Of a stretch of 46,832 nucleotides of DNA, positions 8,337-18,467 are shown piece by piece (position 1 is the first letter of the stretch; every line of letters begins with the position of its first letter). A program made the translations under genes and the position numbers. The notes under the pieces were generated by a model that did no database searches, had not been told where the DNA came from, and saw only the letters and a list, made by a program, of their open reading frames with translations. The DNA comes from a virus. Taxonomy: Duplodnaviria; Caudoviricetes. The stretch spans positions 1 through 46,832 of IMG/VR virus record IMGVR_UViG_3300020045_007640; one strand, given 5' to 3'.

Positions 8337-9988
8337 ATCAAACGAATTATTATAGTTGCATTTGTTTGTGAAAAGGCTAATAAAAGTTTTCCATCTGCCT
8401 TTACTCCGTATGTGTTTGCTAATGATGGAACTCCTGAAACATAAGTGTAAACAGATCCATTTACCGTTACTTCTATTTCGCTAACATAGTCCACTACATT
8501 TAAAAGACTTATTCCATAAGTAGTAAACTCCGTACCTGTTGAACGTGCCAATACTACCGTTGTGCTATTTGCTGTTGGTGGTAAGTAAATATACGTTTCT
8601 TTTGAACATGTGCCTTCGGTTACCGTAAGCCAATAAACCCCCTTACCTGTTGCCGTTGCTGTTGATCCTGTTCCTATGGTGACCCTTCCTCCTGTTTCAT
8701 CTTCTTCATACTCCCATAAATAAGTCGGAGTACTTGCATCGGTGTCGGCCGTTAAGGTATTGCCGGTACGGTCTATGTCTACCGTAAAATCACAATTACT
8801 TTCTTCGTTAAAAGTAATAAAAACCCCACCCGATTTAACACAATCACAAGCCGTAACTCTTACAAAATAAGTTCCTGTTTCAGATACTTCAAAAGGTAAA
8901 CTTGTAGCAACTTCCGTACCGTTTAGAATTACGCTTATTTCTTCTACACATCCATCCGGAACATTAGATATATCAGCATTTACAAAATTGCCCGAAGCGT
9001 AAACCCTTACAGTTAATAGAGCGCAAACATTGTCTTTAAAATAACTTGCTGTTGCTTTACACCCATCTATGATAACATCAACTCTATAATTGCCGGGCGT
9101 AAGAATATCCAAATAGGTAGCTCCCGATATAAAAACGCCATCTTTGTACCATCTGTAAACCTTTGTGCCTTCCGGTTCATCTGTGAAAGTAACTGTTAAT
9201 TGGTCATCGGTGTTTACTATCTCTATCGCATAGTCATTACACCCATCGCCTGAACCTTCACCATCCGGGCTATTTATAGTGTCTAAGTCTATGTCTTCAC
9301 AACACGCATCCCCTTCCTGAAGATTAATATATTCAAAGCTGACCTTAAATTCAGCCATTACGGTATCAACTACTGAACTTTCCCAATCGAAGTTTTTTAT
9401 TTCGGTTCCGTTAAAATAGTTTGTATCGTTATTTTTCAATCCATCCAGAAAAGCCCCGAATCCTTTCGGTTGTAAAAACCAAAAGTTCTGCCTTGTAATC
9501 TGTCTTTGTACTTTTCTTTGTTCGCCTTCAGCCGTAATTATAGTGACATAAGTAGTGTTACTTGTTGGCGTGTCCTGTTGCGCTGCCGGCATGTGAACAT
9601 ACAATACTCCAGGTTCTGTTTCCCACGGCCAAAAGTTATTAGAACAACTATTTCCTGTTGATAAGAAGTCGTAACAATCCGTAAATTGAATCCAGTCAGA
9701 ATAGTAGGTGTCACCATCAATGACCATCTTAATATAACGCCTGTCTCCTTCAGTTCCGCCCCCTGACGTTACTCTTGTGCCTGTTAGGTCAATTTCTTTA
9801 AGTGTCCATGTTTGCGGACTTAATGTCATTGCGGTTTCAGCACCGGCACTGTCTACTAAAACAGCACTTGATACCGTACCATAAACAATATAGTTTACAA
9901 AGTTAAGTTTGTATAATGCTGTTGACCTGACCTTATCGGCTGTCTTATGCCACGTGAACGGATTATATGGTCCAAAGTTTTTATACAT
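8333..9988 (-). CDS. Tail protein: distal-tail-like N-terminus plus Cys-paired Ig-like repeats
   Basis: YRWYKDG...GNYRVDV...GC, GTYFVRVTAC, GVYWLTVTEGTC repeats; position before fibre. Confidence 0.55.
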   Translation of the reverse strand: MYKNFGPYNPFTWHKTADKVRSTALYKLNFVNYIVYGTVSSAVLVDSAGAETAMTLSPQTWTLKEIDLTGTRVTSGGGTEGDRRYIKMVIDGDTYYSDWIQFTDCYDFLSTGNSCSNNFWPWETEPGVLYVHMPAAQQDTPTSNTTYVTIITAEGEQRKVQRQITRQNFWFLQPKGFGAFLDGLKNNDTNYFNGTEIKNFDWESSVVDTVMAEFKVSFEYINLQEGDACCEDIDLDTINSPDGEGSGDGCNDYAIEIVNTDDQLTVTFTDEPEGTKVYRWYKDGVFISGATYLDILTPGNYRVDVIIDGCKATASYFKDNVCALLTVRVYASGNFVNADISNVPDGCVEEISVILNGTEVATSLPFEVSETGTYFVRVTACDCVKSGGVFITFNEESNCDFTVDIDRTGNTLTADTDASTPTYLWEYEEDETGGRVTIGTGSTATATGKGVYWLTVTEGTCSKETYIYLPPTANSTTVVLARSTGTEFTTYGISLLNVVDYVSEIEVTVNGSVYTYVSGVPSLANTYGVKADGKLLLAFSQTNATIIIRLI

Positions 9989-11700
9989 TATTTCTTAACT
10001 TTAAAGTTAATTGTTTCTCCTTCAAGTTCTATCTCATCTATTATCCATGTTCCTTTTCCTGTTTTATCCAACTTGATCGAATTGCCAGGATTAATCTTAT
10101 TGAATAATTTTACCTTACCGAATATCTTAACATCGGCACTTAATCCTACTGAATAACCTAAAAATGTAGTTGCATTACCATCATGAAGACCCTGTTTTAA
10201 AGGTCTGTTTTTGAAGTGGCAATTTGTTACGATGTTCTTAATTGAAAGTCCGTTATTTAGTCCTATGATTGAAGTTCCGTCTGTTGAAAGTATGAAAAAC
10301 AGTTTTTTATAATTGTCGTTATCGTACAAATCATTATTCAATGCTCCAAAAACATCAGTAAGAAATAGTTCTGATTTTACCGTAATTTCGTTTACATCTG
10401 AATTTAACTGATAATTCTGATAGTCTATTTGGGTTTTATAAAATCCTTCCGTCACTGTTGGTTGTGCCATTAACCACGTTTCAATATTAACCTGGTCTTT
10501 GTTGACTTCCACATCATCACTGAACTCATAGCTTATTTCCTGTGTTCCTGTGTCAATGCCTTTGTTCTGATAGTAGGTGAAGTGTTCCCACCTGATAACA
10601 TCTGCAATATCATCATAAATTAATAGCATTCCAAAAAGTTTGTTAAACTCTAAGACCAAATTTTTAGCTTTAACGATTCCGGACCTTCCAAAACTATCCT
10701 GAATTTCGTTCTCCCGAATAATGTCGTATGATTGTGCAATTCTCAAATCCTGTAAGAAGTTTAATGAATATTCATATTCTGTGTTTTCTGGTGCCGTTCC
10801 ATCTGGATTAATGTTTAGAAAATTGCTTACTAATAGTTTGTCGGTACACTCAAATATATCTTCAAAGATTTCAGAAAACGGATAAGTATTACTTATCGGA
10901 GTGTCAACATAGGTGTTATATTTGCCTGATTCCCACAAAATCTCATCATAATAAGTGTTTACGTTAAATTCATCACTTGCAGAGTATGTGTTAAATTGTG
11001 GCACACCCCAAAATATCTCAGGAAAAATAGATAGGAAAAACCCACCGGACGGGAGCGTTATCCAGTCTGGCGATAATTGTGTAGCTGAAAATGCACCAAC
11101 ATAAGTTACAAATATTGTGCAATTATGACCGATGTATGTTTCTATTCCTGCATTCGATGTGTCAAATGTTGGTGTAGCTGTGAGAATAATGTATTCCGGA
11201 AAGAATCCCAAAGCTGAACGGTCAGGAATACCCCCGACAATTCCTAAAACTTGATTTAGTGTTATAACTACCGAATTATCACCAAAATAACTAACAGCTG
11301 CGAAAGAGTATGTTTCCCTTTCTAAATCCCCTTGAACTGTTTCTATTGCGGCTGCCGTGTAATCAAAAATATTAATCGTAATGTCTTTGATGCACTCAAT
11401 GACTGACTTAAATTTTAGTTTCTTTTCAGCATAACACGCCTTAAAATTAAATGATCCTTCATTGTGGAGTATGTACCCATCATAAATAATCTCATCTTCG
11501 CCACATTGAACGGTAAATTCTGCCGGTTCTTCTGTGTTTCCTGCCATTGTTTCTTTTAGTAAGTCTAAATAACCTGAATCTTTGTCAAATTTCGCATCAC
11601 TATCAATGGAAACAACTACCCCAAAGTCATCTATTTTTTTAGATAACTTATAGTCCTGAACGGTTGTTATATGCCCTAATGATGTTAATTCTACTTTCAT
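9988..11700 (-). CDS. Putative tail tip/hub protein
   Basis: Size, acidity, position, IRWEH motif and terminal OB-like strand pattern. Confidence 0.5.
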   Translation of the reverse strand: MKVELTSLGHITTVQDYKLSKKIDDFGVVVSIDSDAKFDKDSGYLDLLKETMAGNTEEPAEFTVQCGEDEIIYDGYILHNEGSFNFKACYAEKKLKFKSVIECIKDITINIFDYTAAAIETVQGDLERETYSFAAVSYFGDNSVVITLNQVLGIVGGIPDRSALGFFPEYIILTATPTFDTSNAGIETYIGHNCTIFVTYVGAFSATQLSPDWITLPSGGFFLSIFPEIFWGVPQFNTYSASDEFNVNTYYDEILWESGKYNTYVDTPISNTYPFSEIFEDIFECTDKLLVSNFLNINPDGTAPENTEYEYSLNFLQDLRIAQSYDIIRENEIQDSFGRSGIVKAKNLVLEFNKLFGMLLIYDDIADVIRWEHFTYYQNKGIDTGTQEISYEFSDDVEVNKDQVNIETWLMAQPTVTEGFYKTQIDYQNYQLNSDVNEITVKSELFLTDVFGALNNDLYDNDNYKKLFFILSTDGTSIIGLNNGLSIKNIVTNCHFKNRPLKQGLHDGNATTFLGYSVGLSADVKIFGKVKLFNKINPGNSIKLDKTGKGTWIIDEIELEGETINFKVKK

Positions 11701-12527
11701 GCTGCCTTATTAAACGCATTAGGAAACAATACCCTTACTTCCGGTCGCTTTTGCGCTGCCATTTCTGAACTTATCCATCTGAAAGAGTGTCGGCAATTAT
11801 ACCCCCCAGCATCGACAAATGGATTATATCCTATTTCGTTTTTGCCTTCCCAGTCCAGATCCACCCATTTAGCTATTTCTGATTCGTGAAATACTTTACC
11901 GTTTCTTTCTTCACAAAAATCCCTTGTATTTTCCATTTCACCACCTTCATAAAGACAAAAAACAAGTTTTAACTCTTTTCTTACTTCATTACTCCCTATC
12001 CTTCCATACTGATAATATAGGTCATGTGTCCACATTGACCAACGTTTTTGAACTGCATTTTTGTCTACTATAATCTTGCTTAGTTCGGCTCTTAACTCCT
12101 TTAGGCTTATGCCTTCATATTTTTGCATCAAAGCAATTGCCTTTTTTTTGACTTCATCATATACCGGTGATAAGTCTGTAAGTTGATCGAGTGACCTGAC
12201 TGCATGTTTAATGATTCGTTTTTCAACCGGATCACTTGTTTCTATTGCCCGAACATCTATCTTGCTAAGGTCATAAAATACGTCTTTAAGGACTAATTTA
12301 ATCCCGTTTAGAATGTACTTTTTTAGTTTGGTTATTTCCGGTGTAGTGTTTTTGTTGGATAGTTTGTCAATCTTGTTTATTATGTTGATGTTTGATTGAT
12401 TGAAAACTATCACATCATCCTTTACATAGATTTCTTTTACCACATAATCCAATATTGTAGCATAGAGAATATCCTGAATTCTCTTTGTTCTCGTTTTTGT
12501 GAGTGCTATTAATTCTTTTATGTTCAT
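11697..12527 (-). CDS. Minor head morphogenesis protein (SPP1 gp7/MuF-like)
   Basis: TRDFC and GGYNCRH motifs; follows portal. Confidence 0.8.
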   Translation of the reverse strand: MNIKELIALTKTRTKRIQDILYATILDYVVKEIYVKDDVIVFNQSNINIINKIDKLSNKNTTPEITKLKKYILNGIKLVLKDVFYDLSKIDVRAIETSDPVEKRIIKHAVRSLDQLTDLSPVYDEVKKKAIALMQKYEGISLKELRAELSKIIVDKNAVQKRWSMWTHDLYYQYGRIGSNEVRKELKLVFCLYEGGEMENTRDFCEERNGKVFHESEIAKWVDLDWEGKNEIGYNPFVDAGGYNCRHSFRWISSEMAAQKRPEVRVLFPNAFNKAA

Positions 12528-14185
12528 CCAAATTCATTAAAGGACATTTCAGGAACCACTTCAACTTTATTTAATTCGATCAGTTTGTCTATTTCTGCAT
12601 TGATTAACTCTTTTTGTTTTTCTCTTTCAAGTTCGTAAAAGTTCTCATTTGCAAAAAGGACGTTATTCTTTATTTCATTCCAATACACATATAGAATCTT
12701 AAATCTATTATCATCCGGTAACATCGCAACTATCCCTAATTTTTCAGATGGAGTTTTATCTCTGAACGGCTTGAAAGTTTCCCAAAGTTCAACTCTTGCC
12801 AGATATTCAGGAGTATCTAAGTGTTGTTTTTTTAATATTGAACGGTCAATAGTATCAACAACTTCAGACCCGACACCCGCCTTTATCGCTCTTTCTCTTT
12901 CGGCAAACAATGAATCTAATGTTTCTATGCTTAAATCCATAGAATAACCATGAAAGATACTTGCATTCTCTATACCTTCGATTGATGCGATACATTCTAC
13001 CATCCATATAAAAGTTTCGGTTACTTTGTTTCCCATTTTTTGTAAAGCAGAAACTACGCCTTTGTTTTCTTGATTTACTTGTGTAGCTGTTTTTACAAGT
13101 TCTTCCCGGGTAACTTGATTTGAATTAAATACCGTTCTTTGGATCTTATCTTCGATTTCCATTAAATCAACCTTTCTGTTCTGAAGGATTGAATCCGGTA
13201 TAAAAACAGTATGAATTAAATCAGCTAATTTTGTTTGTTCCTGACCTGGCTCCGGTTCTCTCAAATAAATAACGTCCTGACTTGATGTATGAATCTTTAA
13301 ACCTGAACCGTTGCATACTTTACATGACCCTTTATAGGTTTCTCCTAACATTAAATTACCTTCATTACAATATTCATGTCCGTCATCTGTTGCACTTTGG
13401 TAATTGCATTTTTTAGCGTAATTGAACTGTTTGATTATTCCGTGAGTAGCTTTAATTACGTCATACTCTGAACCATCCCAAAGAAGCTGTTTGAGCATGT
13501 TGAATGCAGGGTCTAAAATAGACTTGAAAGACTGAAATTTTGTTTCGCTGTTTTTGATATAACCTATGTGGTAAGCAAAACACATTGATGTCGGCTTATA
13601 GGTGTTATCTATTAGTGATGGTTCTTTTCCTGCGATTCCTTTATAATCTGCAATGAAGTCTTTTGTATAAATTCGGAATAAGTCACCCCCCATCTTAATG
13701 ATAAGGTATTCTACTCTATCGTTTTTGATCTTAAAGTCAAATATGTTTTCTGATTCAACAGCATCAAAACAAATAGATTCTAATTCATCTTTATAACAAA
13801 TCAGAAAAGTATTAGGATCAACAATATTATAATACTTAACATAATCGAATGCCTGTTGACTGACATTTATTTCATAGATGTGTTTATCTAATATCTCGGT
13901 CTTAGTTTCTGATTCGTGTGAGACGTTTACAATCGCTTTATCTAATGTATGAAGCAAATCAAGTGTATTTTCGATCTGCATACAAACGTGTTTGGGTCTT
14001 CTTATCGTAATCCTGTTACGTTGCTTTTTTTGGTTATCAGTTTCTAAAAATCTGTAATTAGTAAGTTCTTCAAAATCATCTTTGCCGGTGTAGTACATTT
14101 TGCATGTCTTAGCATGTGTCTTGATACTATCAGACCACTTGAAGGGTCTGCCTTCTTTGATTTTCTTTAAAAGTACTTCTAACAT
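12524..14185 (-). CDS. Portal protein
   Basis: 553 aa after TerL; KTATQV motif; internal CxxCNGSG insert. Confidence 0.7.
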   Translation of the reverse strand: MLEVLLKKIKEGRPFKWSDSIKTHAKTCKMYYTGKDDFEELTNYRFLETDNQKKQRNRITIRRPKHVCMQIENTLDLLHTLDKAIVNVSHESETKTEILDKHIYEINVSQQAFDYVKYYNIVDPNTFLICYKDELESICFDAVESENIFDFKIKNDRVEYLIIKMGGDLFRIYTKDFIADYKGIAGKEPSLIDNTYKPTSMCFAYHIGYIKNSETKFQSFKSILDPAFNMLKQLLWDGSEYDVIKATHGIIKQFNYAKKCNYQSATDDGHEYCNEGNLMLGETYKGSCKVCNGSGLKIHTSSQDVIYLREPEPGQEQTKLADLIHTVFIPDSILQNRKVDLMEIEDKIQRTVFNSNQVTREELVKTATQVNQENKGVVSALQKMGNKVTETFIWMVECIASIEGIENASIFHGYSMDLSIETLDSLFAERERAIKAGVGSEVVDTIDRSILKKQHLDTPEYLARVELWETFKPFRDKTPSEKLGIVAMLPDDNRFKILYVYWNEIKNNVLFANENFYELEREKQKELINAEIDKLIELNKVEVVPEMSFNEFG

Positions 14186-14186
14186 A

Positions 14187-14197
14187 GCTCAAATTTA
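14187..14197 (-). promoter_or_regulatory. Promoter TAAATTTG(AGC) 4 nt upstream of portal ATG
   Basis: TAnnTTTG consensus; near-identical to 27946-27956. Confidence 0.5.
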
Positions 14198-14230
14198 GAG
14201 TTAAACCGCTTTTTGAGTGTAAAAGTAAAT

Positions 14231-14416
14231 TTATTTAGCTTCTACTCCTATGCTGTTGACTTCAATAAATACGTCTATTTTGTCTTTCTGATAGAGTTTC
14301 AAAAGTCTTATGAACTCATCTATGCTATCGTTTTTTGATTGGCAATATTTCAAAAGCCATTCAACTTGAATTTCTCTTACTTTTCTTGTTTCGATTAGTC
14401 CGGTTACGTCTGTCAT
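14231..14416 (-). CDS. Hypothetical protein
   Basis: ORF between TerL and portal. Confidence 0.55.
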   Translation of the reverse strand: MTDVTGLIETRKVREIQVEWLLKYCQSKNDSIDEFIRLLKLYQKDKIDVFIEVNSIGVEAK

Positions 14417-14439
14417 TTTTTTGGTGTAAATATAGCGAG

Positions 14440-15714
14440 TTAAAATTGTTGTTCTTTACCGTGTGAACTGTCAAATATTGATTCAGTGGTTAATCTTCTA
14501 AACCCGTATCTCATGCCATCCATAAGGTGATTAAACTTATCAATAGGAATTGATGCCTTTTTATCATTCCAAATATAGTTATCAAATTCAGTTTTAAAAT
14601 TAGTGCTTTCAGGATCAAGTATTATCTCATAAAGTTTGATTGCCCGAACGTCATCAACTATTAATCCTTTTACAGCATTTTGAATATTAAACCCTAATTT
14701 CTGAACGCTCGTTTTTGTACGTGGCTCCGATGTATCACATACAATAAGTTCGTTTTTTCTAATTCCTACGCCTGCCAAAGCTGATGCAACGTCATTAACC
14801 ATTGTGGCGTAAATCTTATCTTTGACGTATATCTTTTTATTTCGGGTATCAACTGCAATTTTACCTACTGCCAAAGGATCGGGACTATAACCCCAATCTA
14901 AGTGATAACAATAAACCGGCAATGATTCATTAAACTTACCTATGGTATAATCAAATATTACTCCTTCGGCACGCTCTAACCATCCACCAATATAATTAAA
15001 ATAGTAATGTGATTTGTATTTTGCGCCCTTTTCCTTTTTTTCGGCTTCTTCGGCTTTTAACTTGTAATCGTTTGCTTTGTATATCCAATTTGCATTCAGA
15101 TAATTAAGTTCTACGGCAATATGATAAGTGGTATGTATATGTTCGACATTTGGATTAGTTGAAACTGTCACATCATATCCGTAATAATCCTTTGTGGTTA
15201 GTGTGTCTTTTATCCATCGCTTATAAATGAAATGTTCTCTTGTTGATGGGTTTTGAATCCAGATAACTCTATTTTGAATCCCATTTACCCTTATTGAATC
15301 ATCAATGGTATCAAATGCCTTTTCATCATGGAAGTCTTCACCTTCATCAATTACCCATGTTGTTATTCCTGCAATACTTTTTAAATGTGCTGTTTGGTTT
15401 CCGGAACTTGTTTTTATTCCTGAAAAATAAATAAAAGACTTTGTTTCGTTATTGGTGATTAAGGTTTGAGTTATTGTAAAATGATGCTCAATACCTAATC
15501 TTTCAAGTGTTTTTTTAAACTCCGGAATTATAGACTTTTCAGCAGATGTCATAGTATAACGAGTAAACAAAATTCCATGACCCTTTTCAAATGTCAATCT
15601 CGCAATGAAGTCATGAACCGTTGTACTTTTTAATGATCCCCTGCCCCCCGTGACCAATATGTAACGACGCTTAGTTGTGTATAGTGGTAAAAAGTGTTCA
15701 TTTATTTTGGTCAT
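14440..15714 (-). CDS. terL: Terminase large subunit, PBSX family
   Basis: Walker A GGRGSLKS, Walker B WVIDE, nuclease LDWG and NHLMDGMRY. Confidence 0.95.
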   Translation of the reverse strand: MTKINEHFLPLYTTKRRYILVTGGRGSLKSTTVHDFIARLTFEKGHGILFTRYTMTSAEKSIIPEFKKTLERLGIEHHFTITQTLITNNETKSFIYFSGIKTSSGNQTAHLKSIAGITTWVIDEGEDFHDEKAFDTIDDSIRVNGIQNRVIWIQNPSTREHFIYKRWIKDTLTTKDYYGYDVTVSTNPNVEHIHTTYHIAVELNYLNANWIYKANDYKLKAEEAEKKEKGAKYKSHYYFNYIGGWLERAEGVIFDYTIGKFNESLPVYCYHLDWGYSPDPLAVGKIAVDTRNKKIYVKDKIYATMVNDVASALAGVGIRKNELIVCDTSEPRTKTSVQKLGFNIQNAVKGLIVDDVRAIKLYEIILDPESTNFKTEFDNYIWNDKKASIPIDKFNHLMDGMRYGFRRLTTESIFDSSHGKEQQF

Positions 15715-15717
15715 TTA

Positions 15718-16164
15718 TCACTTTGACTTTACCCACTCAATAACGGGAATGTTTATTTCTTTGCCGTTTGTGGTGTGGTCTGTCTTATCTGTTAATCCTA
15801 AATCCCTTGCAATGATGTTAGGGTTAAATATCCCAACTGAAGCACCATCAAACTTTTGTGAGTAAATAATATTACCTATGTGCGCTATGATTTCCGAAAA
15901 CTCAATCTTTGTTTTATAATGTTCAATGTCCTTTACACCTAAATAAACATAAAGCCCCTGCCATGTATACGGTCTTTGTAGGTCATATTGCACCGTTTCA
16001 ACATCTTTGCCTTTGAAGTCTGTTTTTAATATAGGATTGTCATCCGCCCATTTAAAATACCCTGTTACTTCTTTCCATAGTTCTATTGGTGTTTTATATG
16101 TTGGGGGTCTGCCTACTTTTTCAGGGTCTGCAAGCTGCCATATTTTATTTCCTTTCTCAAACAT
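15718..16164 (-). CDS. terS: Terminase small subunit (P22 gp3-like)
   Basis: GRPPTYKTP, RPYTWQGL, NIIARDLGL motifs; precedes TerL. Confidence 0.9.
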   Translation of the reverse strand: MFEKGNKIWQLADPEKVGRPPTYKTPIELWKEVTGYFKWADDNPILKTDFKGKDVETVQYDLQRPYTWQGLYVYLGVKDIEHYKTKIEFSEIIAHIGNIIYSQKFDGASVGIFNPNIIARDLGLTDKTDHTTNGKEINIPVIEWVKSK

Positions 16165-16174
16165 GTTTCTTTTA

Positions 16175-16648
16175 TTAAATATTAATACCCCTTTTTCTTA
16201 ATTCTTGTCTCATATATGGTATTTTAGGATTGTCTGGGTATTTTTTAAAGTAAGATGCAAGTTCCTTTTTTAAATACCATAGTCTTTTTCTCTTTGGATC
16301 ACTATGTATGAGTTTTGAAACCTTTCTCCCGTTTTCCTGTCTTATTTTTAATGGGCATTCTGGCTCGTTCCCTCCGCTTGCAACGTTTAATAATTGATAT
16401 TTTGTTCTGAAATATTTAATTGCGTCTTTTTCTTCTTGCTCCCAATCTTCGTATTCAACTTCTTTGTATACTTCAAATATAGGATTTATGCCGTTTTCTA
16501 AACAATTCTTGATCCATACGTTAATCTTTGACCTTCCGTTTCTGCTCCAAATGTGGGTACTAATTCTTTTCTTTAGATTATTAGCCTTTCCTACATAAAC
16601 TATTTCGTTTGTTTCTGGACATTTTATTGTATAAATTATTGTTTTCAT
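16175..16648 (-). CDS. GIY-YIG endonuclease (start likely 16648)
   Basis: IIY...VYVGK...R..H, conserved Glu, LLNVASGG; TATATTTG promoter just upstream. Confidence 0.8.
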   Translation of the reverse strand: MKTIIYTIKCPETNEIVYVGKANNLKKRISTHIWSRNGRSKINVWIKNCLENGINPIFEVYKEVEYEDWEQEEKDAIKYFRTKYQLLNVASGGNEPECPLKIRQENGRKVSKLIHSDPKRKRLWYLKKELASYFKKYPDNPKIPYMRQELRKRGINI

Positions 16649-16707
16649 TTCCCTTTTTGTTAAGCAAATATACAAAATAATTTATATTAATTCAATTATT
16701 TGCCATA

Positions 16708-16995
16708 TCAATTACATTGAAGTACTGACCTTACTGTATAAGTTACTCCATTACAGAGTGTTTTTGTTTGTGATTTGTTTAGTTCTGATTTGCGCTTTGA
16801 AATATCGTTTCCGCATACCGTTCCGATGGATTCACTTAGTATAACGTCAAATTTAGGGTATGAGTTTGCTAATTGGTCACATTTTCTGTCTGCTTCTTTG
16901 TAATTGGATTCTGTTATTAGTGTGCATTTTTTACAATCATCTTCTTTTGAACATGAAAGTAGTATGAAAAATGTTAGGATTGTTATTGTTTTCAT
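16708..16995 (-). CDS. Small Cys-rich lipoprotein
   Basis: LLS-C lipobox followed by SKEDD. Confidence 0.8.
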   Translation of the reverse strand: MKTITILTFFILLSCSKEDDCKKCTLITESNYKEADRKCDQLANSYPKFDVILSESIGTVCGNDISKRKSELNKSQTKTLCNGVTYTVRSVLQCN

Positions 16996-17005
16996 TTTGA
17001 TTAAT

Positions 17006-17392
17006 TTATAAGAACTCCGTTATACTCGCTTTTACCTTTGCATCAACTAAATTTATTATCATTTGGTTTCTGTATTTGGCGTTTAAATATTCGTTGTTTT
17101 TACTTACCCACTTTATGTATTTTTTGATTCCCGGTATGTCTTCTTTTTGGTATGCGCTCTTTAATCTTCGGTAATGGTTAATTTTATAAAGTGTTTCGCC
17201 TTTTACTATTACTTTTTCGGTTTGGTCTGAACTGATTAAATTACCGTTTTCATACATTTGGAATTGACTGTTTTTTATTTCTTTGCTCCGAATGTCTTTT
17301 ATTTCTTTGACAAAATGTCTGTTTCCTTCATCGTATGAATCGGGTAACTTTTTAGCCAATGTCCTTAGTTCTTTTAGGATTTCTTTTTTCAT
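17006..17392 (-). CDS. Hypothetical basic protein
   Basis: ORF; NHYRRLK motif. Confidence 0.65.
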   Translation of the reverse strand: MKKEILKELRTLAKKLPDSYDEGNRHFVKEIKDIRSKEIKNSQFQMYENGNLISSDQTEKVIVKGETLYKINHYRRLKSAYQKEDIPGIKKYIKWVSKNNEYLNAKYRNQMIINLVDAKVKASITEFL

Positions 17393-17628
17393 TGTGGTAT
17401 TCCTTTTACCATTGAATAATATTGCACTTTTAAGGTTTCTATTGATGTGTCATCATCGGGATAAATTGTACTCAAAAAGTCCCTTGCATTGTCCGTTAAA
17501 CACACTTTGCCTTCTTGAACTTTCGCTTGATGAAATGAGTAAAACATCGTATCTCTGGCAAAGGTTTCAACTCCCTTTTTTACGATGTAAGGAAATGAAT
17601 CTAAATGTATTTCATTGTCATCTTTCAC
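17389..17628 (-). CDS. Hypothetical protein
   Basis: GTG-start ORF overlapping neighbours. Confidence 0.55.
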   Translation of the reverse strand: MKDDNEIHLDSFPYIVKKGVETFARDTMFYSFHQAKVQEGKVCLTDNARDFLSTIYPDDDTSIETLKVQYYSMVKGIPQ

Positions 17629-18267
17629 TTATCATGGTTTTACAAGTTTCAAATAATGGTAAGAACTCAAATATCGGCATCCTGTTTATGTATTCTATTG
17701 AATAACCTGTCTTTTTTACTACAAATATATTCATTTTTTCGTATGTGTCACGTATTTCGTTTTCGTTTGGCACTCTTAACTCTGTTGCTCCGTCTCCTTT
17801 TTTATAAGGCTGTAAACGTTTCTGAACTCTGGTATTAACTCGCTTACCAACAAAAAAAAATCACTTATCGGTATATTGCCCCAATCATCATATTTGGCTT
17901 TTATCATTTCATCTGTAAAAAGGCTTATGTCTTCACCTTCAGTATTGCAGAATAAAGCGCAAAATCTTATTATCTTCGGTTCGCTTGTTTGAGTGTAATT
18001 ACCTATTCCCGCTATTAGGTTTTGGGTTTTTATTTTGAGTTTTTCTATGTCGTTAAACGTGATCTTGTTCAGATTTAACTCACCCATGCTTTTACTTATT
18101 TCTACTAATGAATCATAGAAAGTCTTGAAGTCAGAACCAAAAGCCAACATTAAAGAAAGGATTTCATACTCCCTGAATCTTTTTGTGCTGATTGTGTCGG
18201 CTTCAATCTTATAGACCTTTCCTGATATTCCGGTAAATTGTTTTAATTCGTAATTTATGCGATTCAT
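17618..18267 (-). CDS. Predicted -1 frameshift extension (gpGT-like) of tail assembly chaperone
   Basis: -1 frame open from about 17861 to TGA at 17618; slippery A AAA AAG at 17803-17797 and T9 at 17860-17852. Confidence 0.6.
17776..18267 (-). CDS. Tail assembly chaperone (gpG-like)
   Basis: Size, helical content, slippery sites near 3' end, tail region. Confidence 0.6.
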   Translation of the reverse strand: MNRINYELKQFTGISGKVYKIEADTISTKRFREYEILSLMLAFGSDFKTFYDSLVEISKSMGELNLNKITFNDIEKLKIKTQNLIAGIGNYTQTSEPKIIRFCALFCNTEGEDISLFTDEMIKAKYDDWGNIPISDFFLLVSELIPEFRNVYSLIKKETEQQS

Positions 18268-18467
18268 TAAGGGTTTTTGCGTTTGTTAAATATCCACTTA
18301 CTTTCTTTAAGTAGTTTTTCTAATCCTGGGTTTTGTGTTGATGTGTCGAATACTGCCACATGTCTTTTGCCTATTTCAACAAAATCTATATGTCTTTTAC
18401 CTATTACTGCTATTTTCAGGTTTTCTTTTTCCGAATTTACCCAATTTTTTATACCGTTTTTACTCAT
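18267..18467 (-). CDS. Hypothetical protein
   Basis: Translationally coupled ORF. Confidence 0.6.
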   Translation of the reverse strand: MSKNGIKNWVNSEKENLKIAVIGKRHIDFVEIGKRHVAVFDTSTQNPGLEKLLKESKWIFNKRKNP

